Shown piece by piece: positions 18,808 to 28,243 of a DNA stretch of 64,000 nucleotides. Within the stretch, counting starts at the first letter, position 1, and each line of letters begins with the position of its first letter. The notes under the pieces were generated by a model, which made no database searches, was not told where the DNA came from, and saw only the letters and a list, made by a program, of their open reading frames with translations. Position numbers and translations under genes: made by a program. Source of the DNA: Candidatus Latescibacterota bacterium (GTDB taxonomy: Bacteria > Latescibacterota > UBA2968); the NCBI GenBank assembly GCA_965204745.1, contig OZ242010.1, positions 1,184,001-1,248,000 on the forward strand, given 5' to 3'.

Positions 18808-20096
18808 AATGCCTCGTCGTCGGCAAGGGCGGAAGGGAACACGCCTTTGTTTGGAAACTCGCGCAGAGTAGCAAAATCACCCAGTTATACGCCGCGCCCG
18901 GCAGCCCGGGCATGGCGCGGTATGCCGAATGCGTGGATATTGCGGACAGCGATCTCGAGGGCCTCGCGGACTTTGTGCGCCGAGAGGGCATCGACATCTC
19001 GGTGATCGGCCCTGAAGCCCCGCTTGCAGATGGCATTGTCGATATCTTCACAGCACGCGGGCTTTCGGTCTTTGGCCCCACGCAGGCCGCGGCGCAAATC
19101 GAAGCGGATAAAGACTTCGCCCTCGAACTCATGCACAAATACGACATTCCGACCGGGGCTTACGAAACCTTTGCGGATGCAGAAACCGCTCGACAGTGCC
19201 TCGAGGCGTGGCAACACCCGCTCTATCTCAAAGTCAGCGGCCTCGCGGCGGGCAAGGGCGCGATTTATTGCGAAACCCTGCGCGATTCCCTCAAAACGGT
19301 GGATGAGGTGATGGTGCAACGCGCATTTGGCGATTCGGGCGACAAGCTCATCGCGATGGAATTGCTCGAAGGCGAAGAAGCGTCCATATTTGGCTTTTCC
19401 GATGGGCAGAACATCGTTTGCATCGCGCCCTCGCAAGATCACAAAACCATTGGCGAAGGCGATGTGGGTCTCAACACGGGTGGCGTTGGCGCGTATGCCC
19501 CCGCGCCGGTTATCACGGCCGAACTGTTCGACGAGATCGTGCAACGCATTATGAAACCCACAATACGCGCCCTCGCATCGGAAGGCCGTCCGTACAAAGG
19601 CATTCTCTACGGCGGCATCATCGTCACGTCCGACGGCCCCAAGGTCATCGAGTTCAACTGTCGCATGGGCGATCCCGAAGCGCAGGTGGTGCTCCCCTTG
19701 CTCAAGACCGATCTCGTCGATATTATCTCCGCAGTGTGCGCTGGCTCTGTCGCGGATCTCGCCATTGAACTCGACGACCGTGCGGCGACCTGCGTGGTGA
19801 TGGCATCGGGCGGCTATCCCGAAGCGTACGCAACGGGTTTTCCCATTTCTGGCATTGATCGCGCCGAAGCCCTGGGCGATGTCGTGGTCTTCCACGCGGG
19901 CACGGCGTACCGAGATCGGCAACTCGTCACAAACGGCGGGCGCGTGATCGGCGTTACCGCTATCGGCGATTCCATCCAATCGTCCATTGCCCATGCGTAC
20001 AAAGCCGTGGGCAAAATTGCCTTTGACAACGCGTACTTCCGCCGAGATATTGGACACCGCGCTCTGAACAGAGGCATCGAATATTTCGAGACGTGA
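18804..20096 (+). CDS. purD: Phosphoribosylamine-glycine ligase
   Basis: GGREHA, GLAAGKG, QDHK, EFNCRMGDPE, TNGGRV. Confidence 0.95.
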   Translation: MKCLVVGKGGREHAFVWKLAQSSKITQLYAAPGSPGMARYAECVDIADSDLEGLADFVRREGIDISVIGPEAPLADGIVDIFTARGLSVFGPTQAAAQIEADKDFALELMHKYDIPTGAYETFADAETARQCLEAWQHPLYLKVSGLAAGKGAIYCETLRDSLKTVDEVMVQRAFGDSGDKLIAMELLEGEEASIFGFSDGQNIVCIAPSQDHKTIGEGDVGLNTGGVGAYAPAPVITAELFDEIVQRIMKPTIRALASEGRPYKGILYGGIIVTSDGPKVIEFNCRMGDPEAQVVLPLLKTDLVDIISAVCAGSVADLAIELDDRAATCVVMASGGYPEAYATGFPISGIDRAEALGDVVVFHAGTAYRDRQLVTNGGRVIGVTAIGDSIQSSIAHAYKAVGKIAFDNAYFRRDIGHRALNRGIEYFET

Positions 20097-20194
20097 TTCA
20101 GCGCGATTGGGTTTGGCGATTTTTTCGTTTCGGTCAACCCATTCGGCGGTTGGGCGTCATAATTTGAGTCGATAAAAACGAAGGGAGAAACGCT

Positions 20195-21292
20195 ATGGCT
20201 TACAAAGCAGCGGTTATTGGCTTGGGGCGGATGGGCAGTACGTTTGACGATGAGATCACGCAGGGCGGGGCCATTTTCTTGCCCTATTGCCACGGGCCTA
20301 CGTACCATGTCCATCCACAAATTGACCTCATCGCCGGGGCCGATCCCCACGATGAGCAACGCGCCCTGTTTGGGGACAGGTGGGGCGTTGATGCCGACCA
20401 CCTGTACACCCATCACAACGATCTGCTCGAAAACGAAAAACCCGACATCGTCAGCGTGACCACCACAGCGCGTCACCGCCCGCAAATTGTGATTGACGCG
20501 GCCCGAGCCGGGGTCAAAGCGATTTGGGCGGAAAAGCCCATTGCGTTCAGCCTTGCAGAAGCCGATGCCATGGTCGACGCCTGTCGGGCAAATGGCGTTG
20601 CCCTGGCCATCTTTTGCTCGCGCCGCTACAACCCCTATTTCAGTCAAACCCGCCGCAGGATTGAAGCGGGCGATTTGGGCGATGTACTCCAGATCACGGC
20701 GTATGCGACGTGCGGCCTGTCGCACAATGGCAGCCACGCTATCGACACGATCCGCTATCTCGCAGGGGGCAATGTCGCGTGGGTCTTTGGCGAAATGGCG
20801 TCGGACAAAGACGCCGCTGCGGACGACGATTTGATGGGCAATGGGTATCTCGCCTTTGACAATGGCGTGCGGGCCTATCTCCGCAGCACATCGACCGGGG
20901 TCGCCTCGTGGGAATTTGACGTCATCGGCACAAAGGGCCGCGTACGCACCTTGTCAGACGCGCTTGAGTTTGAGTTTTTTCAACGGGTTTCAGGCGGCCT
21001 CCGAGACCGGGGCATCCCCGCACGGTCGCCCTTTCCGCACCCTGCACGGCCCGAAGGCCAAGGCATCACCGTTGTCAATGACCTCATCGACGCGATAGAG
21101 AACAACCGGCCCCCGCGCTGTTCTGGGGCAGACGGACGCGCCGCGCTCGAGGTCGCCATTGCCCTGCGGGAATCCCACCGCCAAGGCGGAGTTCGCATCG
21201 ACCTGCCCATTTCAGATCGGTCGCTCAAAATTTTCTCCAATGAAACCCACGCGGACCACACGCCCGCACGGATTCGCAGGTTGAGGCAGTGA
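20195..21292 (+). CDS. Gfo/Idh/MocA oxidoreductase
   Basis: IGLGRMG, AEKP, GSHAID. Confidence 0.9.
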   Translation: MAYKAAVIGLGRMGSTFDDEITQGGAIFLPYCHGPTYHVHPQIDLIAGADPHDEQRALFGDRWGVDADHLYTHHNDLLENEKPDIVSVTTTARHRPQIVIDAARAGVKAIWAEKPIAFSLAEADAMVDACRANGVALAIFCSRRYNPYFSQTRRRIEAGDLGDVLQITAYATCGLSHNGSHAIDTIRYLAGGNVAWVFGEMASDKDAAADDDLMGNGYLAFDNGVRAYLRSTSTGVASWEFDVIGTKGRVRTLSDALEFEFFQRVSGGLRDRGIPARSPFPHPARPEGQGITVVNDLIDAIENNRPPRCSGADGRAALEVAIALRESHRQGGVRIDLPISDRSLKIFSNETHADHTPARIRRLRQ

Positions 21293-21295
21293 GAT

Positions 21296-21328
21296 GCAGT
21301 TGTCAGTGGTCAGTGGTCAGTGGTCAGT
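21296..21328. repeat. Heptamer tandem repeat (CAGTGGT)n
   Basis: gcagttgtcagtggtcagtggtcagtggtcagt. Confidence 0.8.
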
Positions 21329-21409
21329 CCCCACCCTTTCAGCCCAAGGCAAGGTATGTGCTGACCGCTTGGTTTGCTGACTGCCGAAACACAACCACAG
21401 GAGGTTTTT

Positions 21410-21865
21410 ATGGCAGAACCCGTTGTCGGTATTATTATGGGCAGTTCATCGGATGAACCCACGATGCAAAAGGGCTGCGCCATTCTCGACGAGCTTCGGA
21501 TTCCCCACGATATCACTGTTTGCTCTGCCCATCGCAATCCCGACCGCACTGCGGAATACGGCCGCACCGCCAAAGCGCGTGGGCTCAAAGTGATCATCGC
21601 GGGCGCGGGATTGGCCGCCGCACTTCCCGGCGTGATCGCCGCGCATACGACTTTGCCCGTGATCGGCGTGCCGTGTGCTTCGGGCGCGCTCAACGGTATG
21701 GATGCCCTCTACGCCATCGTCCAGATGCCGCCTGGGGTGCCCGTTGCAACCGTGGGCATTGACAACGCGCGCAATGCCGCTGTGCTGGCCGCACAAATCC
21801 TCGCGCTTTCAGACGCGGGCATCCATGAGCGCCTGCAAGCGTACAAAGACGCGCAGGGGCGATAA
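21410..21865 (+). CDS. purE: N5-CAIR mutase
   Basis: MGSSSD, SAHRNP, QMPPGVPVATV; RBS GGAGG. Confidence 0.95.
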   Translation: MAEPVVGIIMGSSSDEPTMQKGCAILDELRIPHDITVCSAHRNPDRTAEYGRTAKARGLKVIIAGAGLAAALPGVIAAHTTLPVIGVPCASGALNGMDALYAIVQMPPGVPVATVGIDNARNAAVLAAQILALSDAGIHERLQAYKDAQGR

Positions 21866-21878
21866 TGCGGAGGTCTTT

Positions 21879-22364
21879 GTGAACCGGAAATCCCTTGTCT
21901 TGATCGCGCTTCTCTGTTTTGGTTGTGGCGCGTCGGAAACCGAGGTCCTCATCCCTGCGACTGCGGCAGAGGTTATGGAGGCGGTCAAAAATGCCGACGC
22001 CAATGCCGTGCTCGTCAATGTCTGGGCGACTTGGTGCGCGCCATGTGTGGAAGAATTTCCCGATATTATGGCGGTTTATCAGCAGTACAAAAGTCAGGGG
22101 TTGAAGGTCATTTTTGTCTCTGCTGATTTTGAAGACCAAGCCGATGAGGCGCGTGCTTTTCTCAAAAGCCAAGGCGTGGATTTTCCGACCTATCTCAAAT
22201 TGAGTGACGATAGGGCGTTTATCAATACCTTAGACCCCTACTGGTCGGGCGCAATGCCCGCCACTTGGATATACGATAGCGAGGTCGAGAAACGCCATTT
22301 TTGGATTGGAAAAGCCTCGCGCGATTTTTTGCAAAAGAAAGTCCGCGATGTGTTGTCCCAATGA
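21879..22364 (+). CDS. TlpA-family disulfide reductase lipoprotein
   Basis: GTG start after GGAGG, lipobox CFGC, NVWATWCAPC. Confidence 0.85.
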   Translation: MNRKSLVLIALLCFGCGASETEVLIPATAAEVMEAVKNADANAVLVNVWATWCAPCVEEFPDIMAVYQQYKSQGLKVIFVSADFEDQADEARAFLKSQGVDFPTYLKLSDDRAFINTLDPYWSGAMPATWIYDSEVEKRHFWIGKASRDFLQKKVRDVLSQ

Positions 22365-22388
22365 TTTACCCGACCAAAGGAGGATTCC

Positions 22389-23009
22389 ATGCGTAAATTG
22401 TACAGCACTTTAGCCGTTGCACTCGCTTTGGCGATGGGTTTCAAGGCCGAAGCGGACAAAGGCGAACCCCTCGCATTGGGCGCGGAAGCACCCGTAACCG
22501 ATTTGCAGATGAAAGGCACGGATGGCGAGATGTACACCTTGGCCGACGTGCGGGGCGAGAAAGGCACGCTGGTCATTTTTTCGTGCAACTCCTGCCCGTG
22601 GGCGGTCAAGTGGGAACGCCGCGTCGCCGGTATTGGCAATGCGTATCGCAACAAGGGCTTTGGCGTCATCGTGATCAATTCCAACGATCCGGCCCGCGTC
22701 TCGGAAGATGGCTTTGACGAAATGGTCGCCCGCGCCGAGAGTCTGGCCTACGAATTTCCATACGTGGCCGATCCCACATCCCGCGTGGCACGCGCTTTTG
22801 GCGCGCGACGCACGCCCGAAGTGTTCCTCTTCAATGCAGATGGCAGACTCGTTTACCACGGTGCCATAGATGACAATGCCTCGGATGCCAACGCTGTGGA
22901 AGCGGCCTATCTCAAAGACGCACTCGACGCATTATTGGCGGGAAAAGCCATTTCGATCCCCGAGACCAAAGCCCTGGGTTGTAGCATCAAATTCAACAGA
23001 GACGCTTGA
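22389..23009 (+). CDS. Secreted thioredoxin/redoxin-family protein
   Basis: Signal peptide, CNSCPW, TPEVF, YHGAIDD, GCSIK. Confidence 0.85.
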   Translation: MRKLYSTLAVALALAMGFKAEADKGEPLALGAEAPVTDLQMKGTDGEMYTLADVRGEKGTLVIFSCNSCPWAVKWERRVAGIGNAYRNKGFGVIVINSNDPARVSEDGFDEMVARAESLAYEFPYVADPTSRVARAFGARRTPEVFLFNADGRLVYHGAIDDNASDANAVEAAYLKDALDALLAGKAISIPETKALGCSIKFNRDA

Positions 23010-23017
23010 TCTTGCCA

Positions 23018-23300
23018 TTTGTCTGAATCGCGGATTAAACGGATTACGCAGATTACGCGGATTACCCCACACCGCCCTACCGTCCCCACCGCGTTCCCCA
23101 ACCGCCCGGGCGTGCCTCACTGCGCCCCCTACCCACCCGTGCGTTCCCGTCCTCGCCGCCGTGTCTGAATCGCGGATTTTCTCGGATTAGGGGGTTGCGC
23201 GGATTACCCCAACCGCCCAACCCCCTTCGGTAAGAGGGGAGAGGCGAGAGGCAAGAGGGGTGGCCTTCTCACGTCTTACCTCTACCTTCTCACCTTTTTG
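23018..23300. repeat. Intergenic cluster of REP-like and short tandem repeats
   Basis: Two TGTCTGAATCGCGGATT(9-mer CGGATTACG-like)n units, CCCCTAC motifs, and purine/pyrimidine heptamer tracts. Confidence 0.65.
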
Positions 23301-23517
23301 GGCGATGCCCCCATGCTCGCCCAAAGATATAAGAGACAAATCGCATGCCCGGGAATGTGAAACGCACACGGCGGGCCGGAGTAGCGGATGGGATCGCACT
23401 TGGGCGGATGAGGGGATGGGACGGGCACGCACGGCAGGGCGGGGACGAGGCGGGGAAACGCACACGGCAGGGTTAGGGGATAGGTCCCACTTTAACATTT
23501 TTATTTTTGGAGGAACC

Positions 23518-25350
23518 ATGAAATCCATTGTGTTCGCGGTTGTGTTGGGTTTGTCGGTTGTTGCGGGGCCGTTGGCGGATCAGCCATATCACAAGGGCCA
23601 CGCGATCTCGATGTATGGCGATTTGAAATACGGGCCTGAGTTCGCGCATTTCGATTACGTCAATCCGGCCGCGCCCAAGGGCGGTCGCGTGAAGATGAGT
23701 GCCAATGGCACGTACGACACCCTCAATCAATTCACCCTCAAGGGCGTGTCCGCGTATGGCTTGGGGTTGATCTACGATTCCCTGACGACCCGCGCATTGG
23801 ACGAGCCGTTCTCCGAATACGGTTTGCTCGCGGAATCCATCGAAGTCCCGCCGGATCGCTCATGGGCGATCTTCACCCTGCGCTCGGGCGCACGCTGGCA
23901 CGACGGCAACCCCATTGTGCCGGAAGACGTGGTCTTCACCTTTGAAACCATCAAAACCCAAGGCAGCCCGATCTATCGCAATTACTACGCGGACGTCAAA
24001 CAAGTGGAAAAAATCAACGCGCAACAAGTGAAGTTCACCTTCGGCGGCGCGGACAACCGCGAATTGCCCCTCATCGTCGGGCAGATGTCCATTTTGCCCA
24101 AACACGATTGGGAGGGCAAAAACTTTGAAGAAACCACACTGGACCCGCCACTGGGCAGCGGGCCGTATCGCATTGAAGCCATCGACGCCGGCCGCTCAAT
24201 CACGTATCGCCGCGTGGAAAATTACTGGGGCGCGGACCTGCCCGTGAACAAGGGGCGTCACAACCCGGACGTAATCCACTACGATTATTACAAAGACAGC
24301 ACAGTGGCAACCGAAGCGCAAAAGGGCGGCGAATTTGATTTTCGGCTGCAAAACACTTCCAAGGCCTGGGCGACGGCATACGACATCCCCGCCGTGGCCG
24401 AGGGCAAATTGATCAAAGAACTCATCCCGCACGAGAACGGCACCGGGATGCAGGGGTTCTGGTTCAACACGCGGCGCAGCAAATTCGCGGACCCCAAAGT
24501 GCGCTACGCCTTGGCCTATGCGTTCGATTTTGAATGGACGAATGCCAATTTGTTCTACGGGCAATACACGCGCTCCACGAGTTATTTCTCCAACACCGAA
24601 CTGGCCTCGTCCGGCTTGCCCCAAGGCCGGGAACGCGAGATATTGGAAGCCTTCCGCGGGCAAATCCCCGAAGAAGTATTCGCCGCGGAATACGCGCCGC
24701 CCGGCACAGATGGGTCGGGCAACATCCGCCAAAACTTGCGCGTGGCCGCCCGCATGCTCAAAGACGCTGGGTGGGCCGTGACGGATGGAAAACTCACCCA
24801 CGCCGCGTCTGGCGAAACCATGTCAATCGCGTTCTTGATCAACAATTCGCCTTCCTGGGAGCGCATCATCGGCCCGTACATCCAAAACTTGGAACGCTTG
24901 GGCGTCGCGGGCGCGATTCAAATCGTCGATACCTCGCAGTACCAAAACCGCGTTCGGGAATACGATTTTGACGTCATCGTCATCCTCCGCGGGCAATCCC
25001 TCAGCCCCGGCAATGAACAGCGCAACTACTGGACATCCGCCGCCGCCGATGAACCCGGCGCGCGCAACTACGCGGGCATCAAAAACCCGGCCATAGACGC
25101 GCTGGTGGATCAACTCATCAATGCCCCGGACAGACAAACCCTCGTGGCGACCACCCGCGCACTGGATCGCGTCCTCCTCTGGGGGCACTACGTCGTCCCG
25201 CACTGGCACATCCGCGCGTACCGCGTGGTGTATTGGAACAAATTTGGCAAACCCGCCATGTCCCCCAAGTACATGCCGCAGCCGTGGCAGTATTTTCCGG
25301 ATACGTGGTGGGTTGATGCGAAAAAAGAAGCGGCGTTGAAGGAGCAATGA
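23518..25350 (+). CDS. Peptide ABC substrate-binding protein family 5 (YejA-like)
   Basis: HFDYVNPAAPKGG, YGLLAE, PLGSGPY, RALDRVL. Confidence 0.9.
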   Translation: MKSIVFAVVLGLSVVAGPLADQPYHKGHAISMYGDLKYGPEFAHFDYVNPAAPKGGRVKMSANGTYDTLNQFTLKGVSAYGLGLIYDSLTTRALDEPFSEYGLLAESIEVPPDRSWAIFTLRSGARWHDGNPIVPEDVVFTFETIKTQGSPIYRNYYADVKQVEKINAQQVKFTFGGADNRELPLIVGQMSILPKHDWEGKNFEETTLDPPLGSGPYRIEAIDAGRSITYRRVENYWGADLPVNKGRHNPDVIHYDYYKDSTVATEAQKGGEFDFRLQNTSKAWATAYDIPAVAEGKLIKELIPHENGTGMQGFWFNTRRSKFADPKVRYALAYAFDFEWTNANLFYGQYTRSTSYFSNTELASSGLPQGREREILEAFRGQIPEEVFAAEYAPPGTDGSGNIRQNLRVAARMLKDAGWAVTDGKLTHAASGETMSIAFLINNSPSWERIIGPYIQNLERLGVAGAIQIVDTSQYQNRVREYDFDVIVILRGQSLSPGNEQRNYWTSAAADEPGARNYAGIKNPAIDALVDQLINAPDRQTLVATTRALDRVLLWGHYVVPHWHIRAYRVVYWNKFGKPAMSPKYMPQPWQYFPDTWWVDAKKEAALKEQ

Positions 25351-25357
25351 GTGGTCA

Positions 25358-25516
25358 ATGCGAATGAAGCGTTGAATCCATCGCGTACTTGTCTTTTGTT
25401 TGAGGGCTCACCCATTCCCACCCTCAAAGGAAGGAGCGAGCACGCGATGGATTGGCAAGATAAACGCATTCACTTGTCTGTCTCTATCTGTCAGCAGGAT
25501 CACCAAAAGCATCTGG
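25358..25516 (+). mobile_element. Degenerate 5' fragment of the IS982 element
   Basis: ATGCGAATGAAGCGTTGAATCCATCGCG...MDWQDKRIHL matches the transposase-start end of the element at 35273-36256. Confidence 0.85.
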
Positions 25517-25615
25517 TGATGGTAGGCAGTGGTCAGTCCCCACCCGACCCTACCGCCCAAGTAGTCAGTGGTCAGTCCCCGCCCAACCCCCACCGCTATA
25601 TTCGTTAGAATTAGT

Positions 25616-25653
25616 CAACTGATAACTGACAACTGACAACTGACAACTGACTG
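25616..25653. repeat. Heptamer tandem repeat (ACTGACA)n
   Basis: caactgataactgacaactgacaactgacaactgactg; reverse complement of the CAGT(G/T)GT family. Confidence 0.8.
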
Positions 25654-25681
25654 TCTCACTTCACAACCCACAACAAAGGAG

Positions 25682-26341
25682 ATGAACATGAGCAAAAGAG
25701 CCTTGATGGTCTGGGGCGGCTGGCCCGGGCACGAGCCAAAGCAGTGCGTGGATATTTTCGCGCCGCTGCTGGAAGAAGATGGCTTCGAGGTGGAGGTGCG
25801 CGATTCAATGGACGTGTACGCGGATGCGGATTACATGGCGACCCTGAGCGTGGTGGTGCCGTGTTGGACCATGGGCGACATCGAGAGAGCGCAGGATCAA
25901 GGGTTGCAAGCCGCGGTGAAAAGCGGCGTTGGCTTGGCCGGGTGGCACGGCGGGATGTGCGATGCGTTTCGCAACAGCACGAGCTATCAGTGGATGACGG
26001 GCGGACAATTTGTCGCGCATCCGGGCGGGGTGAAAAATTACGAAGTCCACATTGTGCCTGAGAAAGCCGCCGACCCCATCGTGGCCGGGCTGGACGATTT
26101 CAAGATGCACTCCGAGCAGTATTACATGCACACGGACCCGAGCAATGAAGTGCTGGCAACGACGACATTCGAGACCGACGTGGCGCCGTGGGTCAATGGC
26201 TGCATCATGCCAGTGGTGTGGAAACGCATGTGGGGCGCCGGGCGCGTGTTCTACTCGTCACTGGGTCACAAAGCCGTGGATTTTGACATACCCGAGGCAA
26301 CGGAAATCCAGCGGCGCGGGATAAACTGGGCCGCGCGTTAA
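25682..26341 (+). CDS. ThuA-like (class I glutamine amidotransferase fold) protein
   Basis: [30 protein letters not shown]. Confidence 0.85.
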   Translation: MNMSKRALMVWGGWPGHEPKQCVDIFAPLLEEDGFEVEVRDSMDVYADADYMATLSVVVPCWTMGDIERAQDQGLQAAVKSGVGLAGWHGGMCDAFRNSTSYQWMTGGQFVAHPGGVKNYEVHIVPEKAADPIVAGLDDFKMHSEQYYMHTDPSNEVLATTTFETDVAPWVNGCIMPVVWKRMWGAGRVFYSSLGHKAVDFDIPEATEIQRRGINWAAR

Positions 26342-26356
26342 AAGCATATCCCCCCC

Positions 26357-26385
26357 TTGACATTCGGCGCAAAGTTCAGTATCTT
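26357..26385 (+). promoter_or_regulatory. Sigma70 promoter of tRNA-Cys
   Basis: TTGACA-17 bp-TATCTT. Confidence 0.65.
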
Positions 26386-26405
26386 AACGGCACACACGCA
26401 TGCAC

Positions 26406-26480
26406 GGCGCCGTAGCCAAGTGGTAAGGCAGAGGCCTGCAAAGCCTTTACTCGGCGGTTCGAATCCGCCCGGCGCCTCCA
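26406..26480 (+). tRNA. tRNA-Cys(GCA)
   Basis: GGCGCCG acceptor, AGCCAAGTGGTAAGGC D arm, CTGCAAA anticodon loop, TTCGAATC T loop, encoded CCA. Confidence 0.95.
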
Positions 26481-26535
26481 AAAACCAACCGGTCAGTCTC
26501 CGCAGAGATTGACCGGTTACTCGTATGGAAACGAG

Positions 26536-27960
26536 ATGCTCACCAAAGAACGAATCAGCCACCTCAAAAAACGCGACAATGGGGCATTGGAAGATCTGGT
26601 CGAGAACCACTCGGACAGCAAAAGCCTGTTGTTCATCATGCAGAACCTCGGCTACTTGCCCAAAAACTTTGACGACCAATGGGTCGCGTCCCTCATCTCA
26701 AACCGCAATCGAAAAGTGCGGCTCTGGTCTGTCAAAACCCTGGGAAAGACCAAGCGAGAGAAAAACATCTCCCTCCTCAAGCGCGTTGCCCAATGCGATG
26801 AAGCGACAGAGGTGCGGCGCGAAGCCGTGTCTTCTATCGGCAGAATGCGATCCCCGGCCATCGTTTCGGTCTTGGTTGAATTTTTGCAGGACGATGATCC
26901 CAAAATTGTTTTGCAAGCGATCCGGGGGCTTCTCACCTTTAAGCACGACGCGCATGTGAGCGCGCAACTCAAATCGTTTCGCAACCACCCAAATGAAATG
27001 ATCCAAAAGGTCATCGAGAAGGAATATTTCCCCGCCGAGCGCGACGCGCTTCCCGCACGAGCGCATCGAGAGACTTATGATTTTTTGAAAAATGTCATTG
27101 TGTTGGGCGATGTGCGAGCGGCGTTAAATGCCGTGCCGGATGAGAGTTTTCACCTCACATTCACGTCTCCGCCCTATTACAATGCGCGGGACTATTCCAT
27201 TTACAAAAGCTATCGGGCGTATTTGGATTTTCTACAAGAGGTTTTTCATCTCGCGCACCAAAAGACAAAGGAAGGGCGGTTTCTGGTCGTGAATACGTCG
27301 CCCATTATCATTCCGAGAGTGAGCCGGCAACACGCGAGCAAGCGATACCCCATCCCCTTTGACATTCACAATTTTCTGGTCGAGATGGGATGGGAATTTA
27401 TCGACGATATCGTGTGGAAAAAGCCGGAAACGAGCGTCAAGAATAGGAACGCGGGGTTTATGCAGCACCGCAAGCCGCTGGCGTACAAGCCCAATGTCGT
27501 CACGGAATACGTGATGGTTTATCGCAAGGAGACTGACAAGTTGATCGATTGGAATATCCGGCAATACGACCCTAAGACCGTATTTGAGAGCAAAGTCGAA
27601 GATGGGTATGAGACCTCAAATGTTTGGGAAATCGCCCCCAAGCACGACAAGGTGCATTCCGCGGTGTTCCCGGTTGATCTGTGCAGGCGCGTGATCAAAT
27701 ACTATTCTTTTCGGGGAGATCTGGTTTTTGACCCGTTCGCAGGCAGTGGCACGTTTGGTCGGGTGGCGAAAAGCCTGAACCGATTTTTCTTTTTGACGGA
27801 ACGAGAACCCAAATACTTCGAGTATATGAAAACCTTCCTCGTCCAGAGCAATATGTTCGACGAAGAAACGGACAGGAACGAATTTTTAACACTGGACGAG
27901 TTTAGAGATTTGAGAAACTTGGATTTGGAGATTGAACGGATATTCGATGAGATTTTTTGA
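26536..27960 (+). CDS. HEAT-repeat / beta-class N4-C (or N6-A) DNA methyltransferase fusion
   Basis: N-terminal HEAT-like repeats (VRLWSVKTLG, VRREAVSSIG, IVLQAIRGL); motif IV TSPPY precedes motif I DPFAGSG. Confidence 0.85.
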   Translation: MLTKERISHLKKRDNGALEDLVENHSDSKSLLFIMQNLGYLPKNFDDQWVASLISNRNRKVRLWSVKTLGKTKREKNISLLKRVAQCDEATEVRREAVSSIGRMRSPAIVSVLVEFLQDDDPKIVLQAIRGLLTFKHDAHVSAQLKSFRNHPNEMIQKVIEKEYFPAERDALPARAHRETYDFLKNVIVLGDVRAALNAVPDESFHLTFTSPPYYNARDYSIYKSYRAYLDFLQEVFHLAHQKTKEGRFLVVNTSPIIIPRVSRQHASKRYPIPFDIHNFLVEMGWEFIDDIVWKKPETSVKNRNAGFMQHRKPLAYKPNVVTEYVMVYRKETDKLIDWNIRQYDPKTVFESKVEDGYETSNVWEIAPKHDKVHSAVFPVDLCRRVIKYYSFRGDLVFDPFAGSGTFGRVAKSLNRFFFLTEREPKYFEYMKTFLVQSNMFDEETDRNEFLTLDEFRDLRNLDLEIERIFDEIF

Positions 27961-27982
27961 CCCAGGCCTGAAGAATGCGCGT

Positions 27983-28011
27983 TTGACAAGTCTGGGAACT
28001 TTGCCTATTTT
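27983..28011 (+). promoter_or_regulatory. Putative sigma70 promoter of tRNA-Leu
   Basis: TTGACA-17 bp-TATTTT. Confidence 0.55.
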
Positions 28012-28022
28012 TTGCCTGCAAT

Positions 28023-28107
28023 GCCGAGGTGGTGGAACTGGTAGACACGAGGGACTTAAAATCCCTTGGGCGATTCGCCCGTACGGGTTCGAGTCCCGTC
28101 CTCGGCA
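28023..28107 (+). tRNA. tRNA-Leu(TAA)
   Basis: GCCGAGG acceptor, CTTAAAA anticodon loop, long variable arm, TTCGAGT T loop; CCA not encoded. Confidence 0.95.
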
Positions 28108-28118
28108 CTTTGCAATCT

Positions 28119-28148
28119 AGCTTGGCGATCCGCCGGGCTTATTTTTTG
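28119..28148 (+). terminator. Putative intrinsic terminator after tRNA-Leu
   Basis: AGCTTGGCG-ATC-CGCCGGGCT hairpin followed by a T run. Confidence 0.55.
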
Positions 28149-28243
28149 TAGGTCAGCAATCGGCCCTGCCCATCATCCCGAAATTGGAACAACGATGGTG
28201 TGCATCTGAGCGCGACTGATTCACCCTTTAACTTTTCAAACCA

